Part shown: positions 11,528 to 23,100 of the stretch, in pieces
Layout of the letters: every line of letters starts with the position of its first letter
How positions within the stretch are numbered: position 1 is the stretch's first letter
Assembly (NCBI GenBank): GCA_943704425.1
Contig: CALSCP010002159.1
Coordinates: 62,001-126,000, forward strand
DNA from: Ministeria vibrans ATCC 50519
Lineage: Eukaryota > Protista > Filasterea
Direction: 5' to 3'
DNA: 64,000 nucleotides
Translations under genes and position numbers: made by a program
Notes under the pieces: generated by a model
The model's database searches: none
Seen by the model: the letters and a program-made list of their open reading frames with translations, nothing else
Told to the model about the DNA's origin: nothing

Positions 11528-12455
11528 ATGTTGTTCTACAGGTACGTTGCACGCCAGTGACGCAGTTGGGTCTCTCACTCTTTCTCCTCTCTCACTCCAA
11601 CGCAACAGCTTCTTCAAGTCCCTTGTTGGTACGTGCTGCCTTAAGAGGACCCTTGTAGTGCCCCTCCTCCGTCTCACTGTCGCTGTTTCGCTCTCTGAAA
11701 CATCAACGCGACGTTTTTCTTTTTTTTTTTTGTTACTTTTGTCTCTTGTCCTTTCTCTGTTCGTGTGTTTGACCCGCTGTGCACAATCACAACTAACGAG
11801 TTTATGTGCATTGTTCTTGGGTTTGTGCAGGCAAGGAGGTCACAGTCGAGTTGAAAAACGGTTCGTTCTATGTGTTGTTCTTCTCACTGTGTATCACTTC
11901 TCTCTCTCACTGTGTTTCGATCACTTGTCTTCTCTCTCTCACTGTGTTTCGATCACTTGTCTTCTCTCTCTCATTGTGTTTCGATCACTTGTCTTCTCTC
12001 TCTCACTGTGTTTCGATCACTTGTCTTCTCTCTCTCATTGTGTTTCGATCACTTGTCTTCTCTCTCTCATTGTGTTTCGATCACTTGTCTCGTTCTCTCT
12101 TTCTCTCTTCTCTTCATTCGCTCTCTCTCTCTCTTCTGAAGTATTTGTTTTTGTCGTTTAGGGCTCGCCGTCACCGGCACGCTTCACTCTGTGGATCAGT
12201 TTCTCAACATCAAGTTGCATGACATCTCTGTGAATGACCCCGACAAGTTTCCTCACATGGTACAACTGACATATATACCAACGACAAGATGTAATAATGT
12301 TTTTGCTGCACCTCAAGGCGGCCGTGAAGAACTGTTTTGTGCGCGGTTCGGTTGTGCGATATGTACACATTCCACGCGATGACGTCGACGTGGAGCTGCT
12401 GCAGGATGCCTCACGCCGTGGACTCTCTGCGTCGCAGTCAGCGGTCAAGGCATGA
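11528..12455 (+). CDS. LSM2: U6 snRNA-associated Sm-like protein LSm2 (5 exons, three very short)
   Basis: Spliced: MLFYS|FFKSLVG|KEVTVELKNG|LAVTGTLHSVDQFLNIKLHDISVNDPDKFPHM|AAVKNCFVRGSVVRYVHIPRDDVDVELLQDASRR. Confidence 0.96.
11906..12090. repeat. 32-bp minisatellite, ~6 tandem copies, in an LSm2 intron
   Basis: Unit ctca(c/t)tgtgtttcgatcacttgtcttctctct with exact 32-nt period (tgtg at 11911, 11943, 11975, 12007, 12039, 12071). Confidence 0.95.
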
Positions 12456-12587
12456 CGCGACACGAACCACAGATGTATAGTATGAAAAACAATGTTGGGA
12501 CAAACCGAAATGTGTCAGAGGGAAAGAGAAGTTGAAATGACTGTTCTCAAGTCGTGTAATTGGTAAAAAAAGAGTGACAAAAGGCTA

Positions 12588-13951
12588 CTACTGGTCGACT
12601 TCGTCGCTGGCCATTTTGTCCTTGATGCACAGAAGGAGCCCCTTGAAGCCACGGTACGCGGCCGACGACTTTTTCTACGCAGAAACGCATATGAGGAGAC
12701 GTATAAGGAGGCGAATGAGGAGGGAGAGAGAAAGTGAGAGAGCGCGAGGGCTTACGTCGTCTTGTCCTCGCTGTGCGCGCTTCTTCATGATGTCAATAAA
12801 CTCGCGATGCGACAGCTCACCGTCCGCTACAATAGAGAGGAGAAGATAAGACACGAGACATACTAAGGATGAAGCACACACATATACGTACAGTCCTTGT
12901 CGAAGAGGTTGAAGATAATGTCGACGAGGTTGTCAGTCAGCTGCACATTGGCAACGGCCACTGCCGAGCGCTTGAAGTCATCTGATGTGACAAAAAGTAG
13001 AAAGAAAGTAACACAAAAACGCGGTGTAAGAGAAAGAGAGAGATGAGTGGCAGAGCGAGAAGGAGAGGGGAGAGACCTTTGGAGACGGAGGCACCAGCAG
13101 CAGAGTAGAGGCGCAGGGCAGCATCCACATCGTCAATGGCCTTGAGGAAGGCCCCCATCGACACCCACTCGGCCTTGGTCACTCCCTGTAGTGCATAGAC
13201 CCAGTCAGTCATACATACATGCAGTCACATGCACACACACCCCTATGGGCGTCCCTCTTCAAGAGCCTCTCAATATCTCAGCTTAATGTGTACCTCTTGA
13301 CCTTTGCGCTTCTTTGCTCGCTTAATGTAGTCTTTATTGTCGCTCAGGTTTGAGTACGACAGCAAAAGCGACGCAAATTTGGCTTCCTACTCCAAAAAAA
13401 TTACATTATTCAAACGCATCTAACTTTTGTGTTTTACCTTCATCTTTCCATTTGTCTGATTCCGCTCAAACTCAATTTCCATCAACTCATTCTGCAAATC
13501 AGCCACAAACCTGAATCAAAGTGCGAGAGAGGAAAGGAAGCAAAGTGAGAAGGAATACACAGAAACAAAGTAAGAGAAGACAAAGAAACAAAGAGAGAGA
13601 GAGAGAGAGATACAAAGTGATTGGGATAATAATGTAGAAAGAGAGAACAAACAAGGGAGACAGCGATTTTCTTTAGTGGGTTTGTCCGTGTGTGGGTTTC
13701 AACCGTACTTGCCAAATGTCTTAAAGTCAAGATGGGCCTTCCCCTCTGCACCAAAGAAGAAGTTAAGAAGGGGCGAGCGGGCAAGACGCTTGCGGACGTC
13801 ACGCACTAAAGAGCGAGCGAGAGAGAAAGAATACAAACACACACACACAGATAGTGAGTGATTGATTGAGTGAGTGAGTAGCAGTACCGCGTTCGCCCTT
13901 GGTCGCGGCACTTGTCACCACCTGCTGCACCCGCCCAAACTACACACACAC

Positions 13952-14010
<59 letters not shown>

Positions 14011-15400
14011 CGCTTAAGCACGGACATACATTCTGTTTCCTCTTGTGCTCACTTCCTTGATGTCGACTGTTCCGTTTCCGTCCAAATCGAACATCTTAAA
14101 GGCAATCTCGTACTGTCGCACGGGCGCTACTCACAACACAGCGCGTCAGAGTCACGGACGTGCACACACACACACTCTCTCTCTATCACTTTGGTTCTTT
14201 CTTTTTCTCTTTCTCTCTCAAAATATAATTACTTGAGATCAGGGAGAGCACAAAAAGATACTCTGAAAAGTCAAACAAGCCGTTTTTCGAGTTGGCCAGA
14301 AACTCGGTCGACGACGAGCGGGTCTTGAGCTTGATTGTTCGATCGTAAGCCTATATACACACGAAGCCACCTTTAGACATGGAAATACACAAATTCACAA
14401 TCATGTGATTGACACACACTGAGTCTCACTCTCTCACTCTCTCACACGCACTCTCCATCGCCATCTCTTACGTCTCCGTCAATTTTCTCAAACTGATCCA
14501 TTTGCAGGCCTTGAAGGAAGGAAGAAAGGAAGAAGAAAAGAGAACACGGGAGAGTCAGAAACACACACACACACAAAACACACTCTTGGCGCGCCCTCGC
14601 GTCACCTTGCGGCTGCGTCTCGCCAGGGATGATGGCCCGGATCAGGTCAGCGGACGTCATGTACTGTTGGCCATCAATCTCCTTGGTCGCAAAGTAGCGG
14701 AATACTCGAGCAGGCGGGCTGTGCATTCGAATACGATGTTCGTACGCGAGAATCTGCCCAGTGCATACACACAAGAGAGAGAGACAGAAGAGAGAAAAAA
14801 AAACCAAAAACACTGAGCTGTCAGTCTACTCTCCACAGCACACAGCCCCCGGAGGCAACCCTTGGCCGCACCATCGCACTGTGCACACGGCCCGCTGCGT
14901 CGATGCGGCGTATTTGCCCCCACAACAGCCCAAAAATCGAAAAAAAATATAAAAATCACCTTTCGCTCTTTGAATTTCTTCTGCTTTGGTGAGTCGTCTG
15001 GTTCGTCAGCCGCATCGTCAGACTCGCCATCGCCGCAACTGACGCTGCCCAGCGAGCTCCCTAATGCAAGGACCGTCACGGCGGTCGCTGCCGTCGCCCA
15101 GCGCATCTGCAAACGCAGAGACAGCGAACGAAGCGTAAAAAAAAACACAGAACAACTTTCTCTCTCTCTCTCTCTCTTTCTCTGCGTTGGCCACGGGAGC
15201 GGCGGACACCACGAGCGCACAGCATCGTCGCCAACGCAGCGGATGGGGGAGGGGGCGTGTGCAAGGCGTACGTTTGACGAGGAGGAGTGCGCAATCTGAG
15301 AAACCGCTCGAGAACTTGACAGCCTCAGGCAGGGACGGGACGCACTGCGCGCCGACGCGAGGGCCAGACGGTAGGGCAGTCGTGTGCTGGCTCTCAACAT
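12588..15400 (-). CDS. MICU1: Mitochondrial calcium uptake protein 1 (EF-hand regulator of MCU)
   Basis: Arg/Ser-rich mitochondrial-type presequence MLRASTRLPYRLALASARS. Motif FKERK|ILAYEHRIRMHSPPARVFRYFAT..YMTSADLIRAIIPGETQP. EF hands (FDLDGNGTVDIKE; DGELSHREFIDIMKKR). Confidence 0.92.
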
Positions 15401-15733
15401 GGAGTGATCAATAATAATAATAATATAATACAATAATTAGTATAATTTTTAGTTTTACTTATGTGAATTTAGAACACGATGAACTTATTTGACGAAAGTT
15501 AGTACGTGTGTGACACTCATGTGAGTTGAGAATTCAAGAAGCGACACTTAGAGATGTAGATTTTCGTCACACTGCTCGTTTAAAGGCATCTGAGATACTC
15601 AAAAGAAGTTCGACAACTGAAAACTACCCAACACTCACTCGCCTGTGAAATGAGTGAGTGCACTCTTCCATAAGATTGCCATCTGCGCAAATCAAGCTAT
15701 CCCTCCGTCACAAACAAAAAACCTTCTTTTTTT

Positions 15734-16686
15734 TTACACATGTCGCATTAAGAGATAGAGACGAGAATCAAGTGGCATCTGTCTCAGATGCGTTTCGCCT
15801 CCATGCAATCTCATCAGAAGTCCCCCAAAGCTCACAAATACAGAGCTACACAGACAATACGCTCAGTCCCACAGTACATGTACTGCGCACGTATCTTACA
15901 TCTTCTTATGGCCTTCCTCCTCAACCTTATACACCTTTCCACCCATGACGTACTCTGTGGCGCACACAAGTAGAAAGACAAGTCTTAGCAACAAACACAA
16001 AAGCATCTCTAGCACTCACAACCACACTCATGCATGGTTGTTTCGCCGTGCATCTCACCAAATTGGTCCGCTCTCGACGGTCTGTCGCTCTGGACGTACT
16101 CGTCTCCGTCGGGCGTGCCATCCCTGCGCAGTAGAGAGACGCAATAACACAACAGTCAGTCTCCAATTTGGCGTCGTCTCAAGCCCCTTTCCCTTCGTAC
16201 TCGTTGAGCGTGTTCGCCAGCACAATCGTGAACTTCTCGTTGACCTTGACCGGGTAGATTTGCGTGTTGACGTCGACAATCATCTCTAGCGTGTCCGACA
16301 AAACCCGAAAAAGCACAATCCATTTCAGTACGCTGTGCCTCTTTCATGCCACCACACTCCTCCATAGAGTCATACCAATCTCATAGTTCTCGCTGAAGCA
16401 TTTTAATCGCGACACTAAAGGCAATCCGGAAAGTGAGCGTTTTTTTTTATGCGTTTTTAACGTGCGACTCTGAATGGAGCAGAAACCAAGCACATTCAAC
16501 AGCTTGCGGTAGTCACGCAGACACAGAACGACCCTCAGGCACACCGGCAGGCGCAGCAGCAGCCTCCCAGGGTCGCTCCCGAGAGACACTCTCTTTCTCT
16601 CTTTCTCTCTCTCTCTTCGCTTTACCCCGATCAAACTTGGTGTTGTCCGCGTCTTTCACTGTGAATTGGTCCTCGAGAAAGTCCAT
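15734..16686 (-). CDS. POLR2H: DNA-directed RNA polymerases I/II/III subunit RPB8 (RPABC3)
   Basis: Spliced: MDFLEDQFTVKDADNTKFDR|VSRLKCFSENYEI|EMIVDVNTQIYPVKVNEKFTIVLANTL..SRADQF|EYVMGGKVYKVEEE..|SVFVSFGGLLMRLHG..SRLYLLMRHV*. Confidence 0.93.
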
Positions 16687-17174
16687 ACTACGACGCGCAA
16701 AACGAACTGCAAAATGAGAAGAGTCGACTGATTTTAAGTTTTAAATAATGATAATAATTATTATTATAATAATTCGTTGTTTTACAAAATTTGAGTGTGA
16801 AAAAGTTTACTCAACAAGAAGAAATAATAATACACCGCTTACACCATTGACTATTCACCAATCACCATTGAGTATTGACTGACAGGCCGCACATGCCACA
16901 GATTACAGCACTTCGGCCTAAACTCCCCGAAGTGGAGCGCTTTAGTTCATTTATTTGATGATCATCTGTGTCTAAAATTTATTTTCAAGTTTGTTTCATT
17001 GATCAGCTCGAAATTCGAAACGATCTTCTTCCTCTTCATCAACACCATAATATAACAATATAATTGTAATAATAGTAATAACAATAATAATAATGAATAA
17101 AATATAAATATTTTATTATTTTAATCTCTCCAACTCGCTCGATGTCTCTCTCTCTCTCTTTCTCTCTACATCTC

Positions 17175-20100
17175 TCACACAGTATCTTCTACAACCCCCT
17201 CAGACTCCGCTACAAAGGAGAGCGGCCTGGCGGAGCGGACGGGCGCATTCCGCGTCGCCGCCATGTAGCTGGTGTTGCGCATTGCGTTGTTCTGCATCCC
17301 CCCATCCAGTTCGTACTCCTCAACGACCGACTCACGCGACACACGACGTGAGTCTAGCATCGCCACCTCCGACTGGCTCACATCCGAATGACGCTGCACA
17401 AATTTGCGCTCTGAGTACGAGCGACGACGGTGCCGCACAAGCAACACCGTACCAATCAGCAGCATCAAGAGCACAAGGGGAATCACAACAAACACTGCGA
17501 CAGGCACACTCGATCCCGAACCCTGTCCGCTGCCGACCGTCGTCCCATTCGTCTGGCACTGCGCACCCGTGAACGAGCCCACACACACACACGTGTACGT
17601 GTTGACGCCGTCCGTGCACGCCCCGCTGTTCTGGCAGGGGTTGGGTGCACAGTCGTCAATGTTGACCGCACACTCACTGCCGGTGTACCCACTCACACAT
17701 GTGCATGTATACGCCGATGCGCCGCCAGCACACGTGCCCCCATTCTGACAGGGCGAGCTGGCACACTCATCCGGATTGCCCGCAAACGCGTAGCCACTGC
17801 CCGACACCCCTCCACACGACTGTGACGATGCACAGGTAAGCGCGCGACGACGTGAGGTGCTCTCGGCGCCCGCCAGTACAAACGACCCAGACGAATCCGA
17901 CTTGAAGTACAAGAAGACGCCCGAGGACGAGCCAAGACCGTTGGGCGCACCCACATTAAACGCCTTGTTCGCGGTCGCCGACGCGGGACTCAGACTAATG
18001 CGAATCATCGCGTTGCTTCCGTGCAACACTCCCGAGGGATACGCCGGTGCACCGCCCGAGCCCGGCGTCACCTGCTCAACCGTAATGGTTACGTCCGTAC
18101 TAAACGTCCCCGGATACACCTGCACGCTCACAGTACCACCCAGCAGGGTCACCGACTGCTCGCCACTGGCCGCTGTAACCAAAAGTCCCTCCTGAGCACA
18201 CTCGTCTCCGACAAAGCCCGACGCACACGCACACGTGAAACTGGTCACACCGTCCGTACACACTCCACCGTTCTGGCACGGATTGGGCACACAATCGTTC
18301 ACGTTCACCTCGCACCGTGTACCCGTGTAGCCACTTTTGCACGCGCATGTGTACAACGCTGCGCCATTGCTGCACGTCCCGTCGTTCTGGCACGGCATTG
18401 ATGCACACTCGTCCACGTCCTGGTCACACTCGCTGCCAGTCCACCCTTGCGCACACGTACATGTGTGCCCGGTACTTACCGACCCACATGTACCGCCATT
18501 TTGACACGGCATCGACACACAGTTGTCCGTCGTCGCGTCGCAAACGGCACCCGAAAAGCCGGTGCCGGTGCAGTCACATGAAAACACATTTGGCGAGGGA
18601 GTGCTACACACGCCGCCGTTGACGCACGGCGACGACGCACACTCGTCAATATCCACCTCGCACAACGCGCCCGTGTAGCCAGAGTTGCAGGTACACGTGA
18701 ATCCATTCGCATTGTTGTTGCACACTGCACTATTCTGACACGGACTGGACGCGCACTCGTCAACGTCCGACGAGCACACAGTGCCACTGAAGCCTGTGTT
18801 CGCACAGTCACACAAAAAGCTGTTCACACCGTCGCTGCATGCGCCTCCATTGCGACACGGCGACGATGCACACTCATCCGCGTTCACGGCACACCCAATG
18901 CCGGTGTAGCCCATGACACACGAACACGAGTATTGGTCCACACCATCCACACATGTCCCTCCGTTCTCGCACGGATTCGACGCACACTCATCAATGTCCA
19001 CCGCACAGTCGCTGCCGGTGTAACCGGCCATGCACGCGCATGCGTGCCCATTCACACCATCAGTGCAGGTGCCGTCGTTTTCACACGGCGACGACGCACA
19101 CTCATCCACGTTCACGGCACACCCAATGCCGGTGTAGCCCATGACACACGAACACGAGTATTGGTCCACACCATCCACACATGTCCCTCCGTTCTCGCAC
19201 GGATTCGACGCACACTCATCAATGTCCACCGCACAGTCGCTGCCGGTGTAACCGGCCCTGCACGCGCATGCGTGCCCATTCACACCATCGGTGCAGGTGC
19301 CGTCGTTTTCACACGGCGACGACGCACACTCGTCAATGTCCACAGAGCACTGCACGCCAGTGTAGCCAGCAGCACACACACACGCGAATCCGTCGACATT
19401 GTCGGTACATGTCGCACCGCTTGCGCACGGGCTCGACGCACACTCGTCAATGTCCACAGAGCACTGCACGCCAGTGTAGCCAGCAGCGCACACACACGCA
19501 AATCCGTTGACATTGTCGGTGCATGTCGCACCGCTTGCGCACGGGTTCGACGCACACTCGTCAATGTCCAAAGAGCACTGCACGCCAGTGTAGCCAGCAG
19601 CACACACACACGCGAATCCGTCGACATTGTCGGTACATGTCGCACCGCTTGCGCACGGGCTCGACGCACACTCGTCAATGTCCACAGAGCACTGCACGCC
19701 AGTGTAGCCAGCAGCACACACACACGCGAATCCGTCGACATTGTCGGTACATGTCGCACCGCTTGCGCACGGGCTCGACGCACACTCGTCAATGTCCACA
19801 GAGCACTGCACGCCAGTGTAGCCAGCAGCACACACACACGCAAATCCGTTGACATTGTCGGTACATGTCGCACCGCTTGCGCACGGGTTCGACGCACACT
19901 CGTCAATGTCCACAGAGCACTGCACGCCAGTGTAGCCAGCAGCACACACACACGCGAATCCGTTGACATTGTCGGTACATGTCGCACCACTCGCACACGG
20001 GCTCGATGCACACTCGTCCACATCGTCGTCGCACGTCACACCCGTGTAGCCTGCTTGACATGTACACGTGTGTCCGTTGACAACGTCCACACACGAAAGC

Positions 20101-23100
20101 GTATTCGCCGCATGGCATGGCGACGACGCACATTCGTCGGTGTCCGCTTCACAACGCACACCATAGTACCCGCCGACGCAATCGCAGTCGAAACCACCCG
20201 CCAAATTGGCACAGGTTGCACCGTTCTCGCACGGCGACGACTCACACTCGTCCAAGTCGACCGTGCACAGCTCACCAGTGAATCCTTGTGCACACACACA
20301 CGAGAAGACATTTGGGACGGGCGTCGTGCACGATGCACCATTGCTGCAGGGAGACGACGCACACTCGTCAATGTCCACATCACATGTTGTATCGGTGAAT
20401 CCCGTCACGCACGTGCACACAAAGTCCACGCCCACATCCGTGCATGTCGCCCCATTGCGACAGGGCGACGACAAACACGCACTCAGCGACGTCTCACATT
20501 GCTGACCGGTAAACGCAAGAGCGCAAGAGCACGCATACTCACCGAGGGCAGGTGTCGTGCATGTCGCACCATTGCTGCATGGTGACGACGCACACTCGTC
20601 AATGTCCGCCGCACACGTTGAACCCGTGTAGCCTGTGACACACATGCACGCAAAGCCGTTTACGTTGTCAATGCACGTGGCAGCGTTCATGCAGGGGGTC
20701 GGCGCGCACTCGTCAATATCCGTCTCGCATGCCAGTCCGGTGTAGCCAGCAACGCAGGTGCACACAAAGCCATCAACGTTATCAACGCATTCCGCTCCGT
20801 TGCGACACGGACTCGACGCACACTCGTCGACAGGAGCGTCGCAAAGAGAGCCGGAGAACCCTGAAGGGCACACGCAAGTAAACTTGTTCACGCCATCGAT
20901 GCAAGTTCCGCCGTTGGCACACGTCGCCGCAGCGCACTCGTCCACGTTGCTCTCACACACGATGCCGGCCCAACCAGGATCGCAGGCACACGTGTATCCC
21001 TCCACAGGCGACTCGCTACACACACCGCCATTCATGCAGGGCGAGGACTCACATTCGAGAATGACTACGTCGCACAACGTGCCCGTCTTCCCCGCGACAC
21101 ATGTGCACATGAACATTCCAGCACCGTCGACGCACGTCGACATGTCTCGGCAAGGCTGCGACGCACACTCGTCCAAGTCCACGTCGCAACTGTCGCCCTC
21201 AAAGCCAAGAGCACATGCACACGTGCGACCCAGATGTAAATCGGTACATGTGGCGCCGTTCAGGCAGGGACTCAGCGCGCAGTCGTCGATAGACTCGGCG
21301 CATGACGCGCCCGTGTACCCGGCGCTACACACACACGAGTACTCGGCTACACCGTCAACACAGGTGCCGTTGTTTACGCACGGCGCCGACACGCACTCGT
21401 CAATGTCCGTCTCGCACGTCTCACCTGCGTAGCCATTGACACACGCACACGTAAAGTTCTTTCCAGAGGAGTCGTCGCAAACGCCGCCATTCAGGCAAGG
21501 ATTCGACAGGCAAATCGGTACCCACACAATGATAATTTCGTACGTTTCGGTGCGATTGCTCTCAAGGTAGTCCACAAAGTGCAGCAAATCGTACACGTCG
21601 TCGGGGGTGTTCTCATTGTGCGAAATACGGAAGTCAGCCCAACTGTTGGCCGCAAGCAACGTAGCGCCGTCGCTCTGGCGCGTCACCGACAAAATTCCGG
21701 GCGCCTCGTGCGTTGTGGGGTTGTCAAGACGCACATAGATAAAACCAAGGGCATCGACACTCGTCGTCACCGAGATGGTACTGCGTCCCACCAGCTGGTC
21801 GTCATTGATGACCGTGGCCGACACCTGATCGCTGCCCATACTTGTGCAAGGGTACACGTCCACGCCATTGCTGCTGTACACAGTGTCCGGCATGCTCTCA
21901 GTATCCACAGCGCCGTCCGCCAGGAAATCGAGCAGCCCATCATCGGGCGACTCAACCGACGCAGGAATTTGCATCGTGTGCGTAAGCGACAGTAGCACCA
22001 CATTGTCAATGAGCGACAGTTCGGGGTCGCCCAAAGGATTGATGTTCTCAAAGGTCGCCTTGTACGAAATGAACTCGCCTTGCAATGAGCACGTCAGCTG
22101 CCAATAGACGACAACCGATGAGTGTGCGACCACGTCGCCCAAACTCGCCGTGAGTGACGGACTCACCACACCCGTATTCACCTGTGTCGATTCAATCAAA
22201 AAGTCAATCAGGAGACCCTTGTCGTTCTCGACAATCTCCGGCTGCGACGACGTAAGCGACATGTCCTTTGCTGTTCCATAGCCATTGTTGCGCAGCAACA
22301 GCGCAAGCGTAAAGGGCACGCGTGGTTCCTTCTCTGGCGTAAACGGATCGTCGCTGAACACTTGACGTTGCAAAAAGTACGTCAAGTTCATGCGCGGATC
22401 GGGCGACACGGTAATCTGGTCGGGGTAAAGAGTGTTGGTGAAGTGTGCGCCGCCATTGGTGTACTCGAAGGTGCCGCCCACGGTGTAAATGGTGTCTTGA
22501 GTTGGAGCTGCACTCTGACGCGGAATAATAAGCCAGCTGGCCTCGCCCGACGTCTTCGACGACAGCGTTCCATTGCCGTCCACCGACGTCACGCCGACGA
22601 GAACGGCGTCGCCCATGGCAAAGTGCAGGTTGGCCACGTTGCCTTCCGAGTCCTTCACCTCGAGCACCACTCGCATGTTGGTGAGCGGCGAGTCGGCGCC
22701 ATTCGATACTTCCAGGCGAGCCGTAAAGGCGCTGCGCGTCAGTACGAGCTCTTGCGAAATCTGAATCTTCACCGTGGCGCACACGCCTGCCTTGCCGGTC
22801 GTTGCGTCCTGCTGGAAAACAGCCGTGTCCGCATCGAATGCCGTGAAAAATCCAGCAGGTTGCGCCGCCCGATCTCCACGGTATTTCTCAACCTGGATCG
22901 CCAGCAGCTTGCCGTCAATGAAATAGGTGGATTCGCCGGGCGCCGCATCATCTGGTGACTGCACGCCCGCATCCCAGTTGTTCATGGTGCGGTTCCAGCG
23001 ATCCAGGAAGAGCGTCGTGTCGTTCAACTCGAGCCCGTCCGGCACGGGCTGCACCAGCGTCTCATACTCGACATCGCTCAGCGCAAGACCATAGGCGCTG

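Noticed and set aside
11884-12090. 32-bp direct repeats that superficially resemble a CRISPR array
   Set aside because: The units are head-to-tail with no unique spacers, lie in a spliceosomal intron of LSm2, and no cas genes are present.
16905-16940. Hairpin cacttcgg...ccgaagtg downstream of the giant gene's TGA stop, considered as a SECIS element or small RNA
   Set aside because: The stem is only 8 bp, there is no convincing SECIS core geometry, and there is no reason to read the terminal TGA as Sec.
18933-20585. 550-aa plus-strand ORF and other overlapping ORFs in the EGF array
   Set aside because: These are antisense shadows of the repetitive GC-rich EGF coding sequence.
17175-21515. 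Possible Notch, Delta or Crumbs orthologue
   Set aside because: There are no LNR/NOD, intracellular ankyrin, DSL or laminin-G domains, and the tail is short and unrelated.
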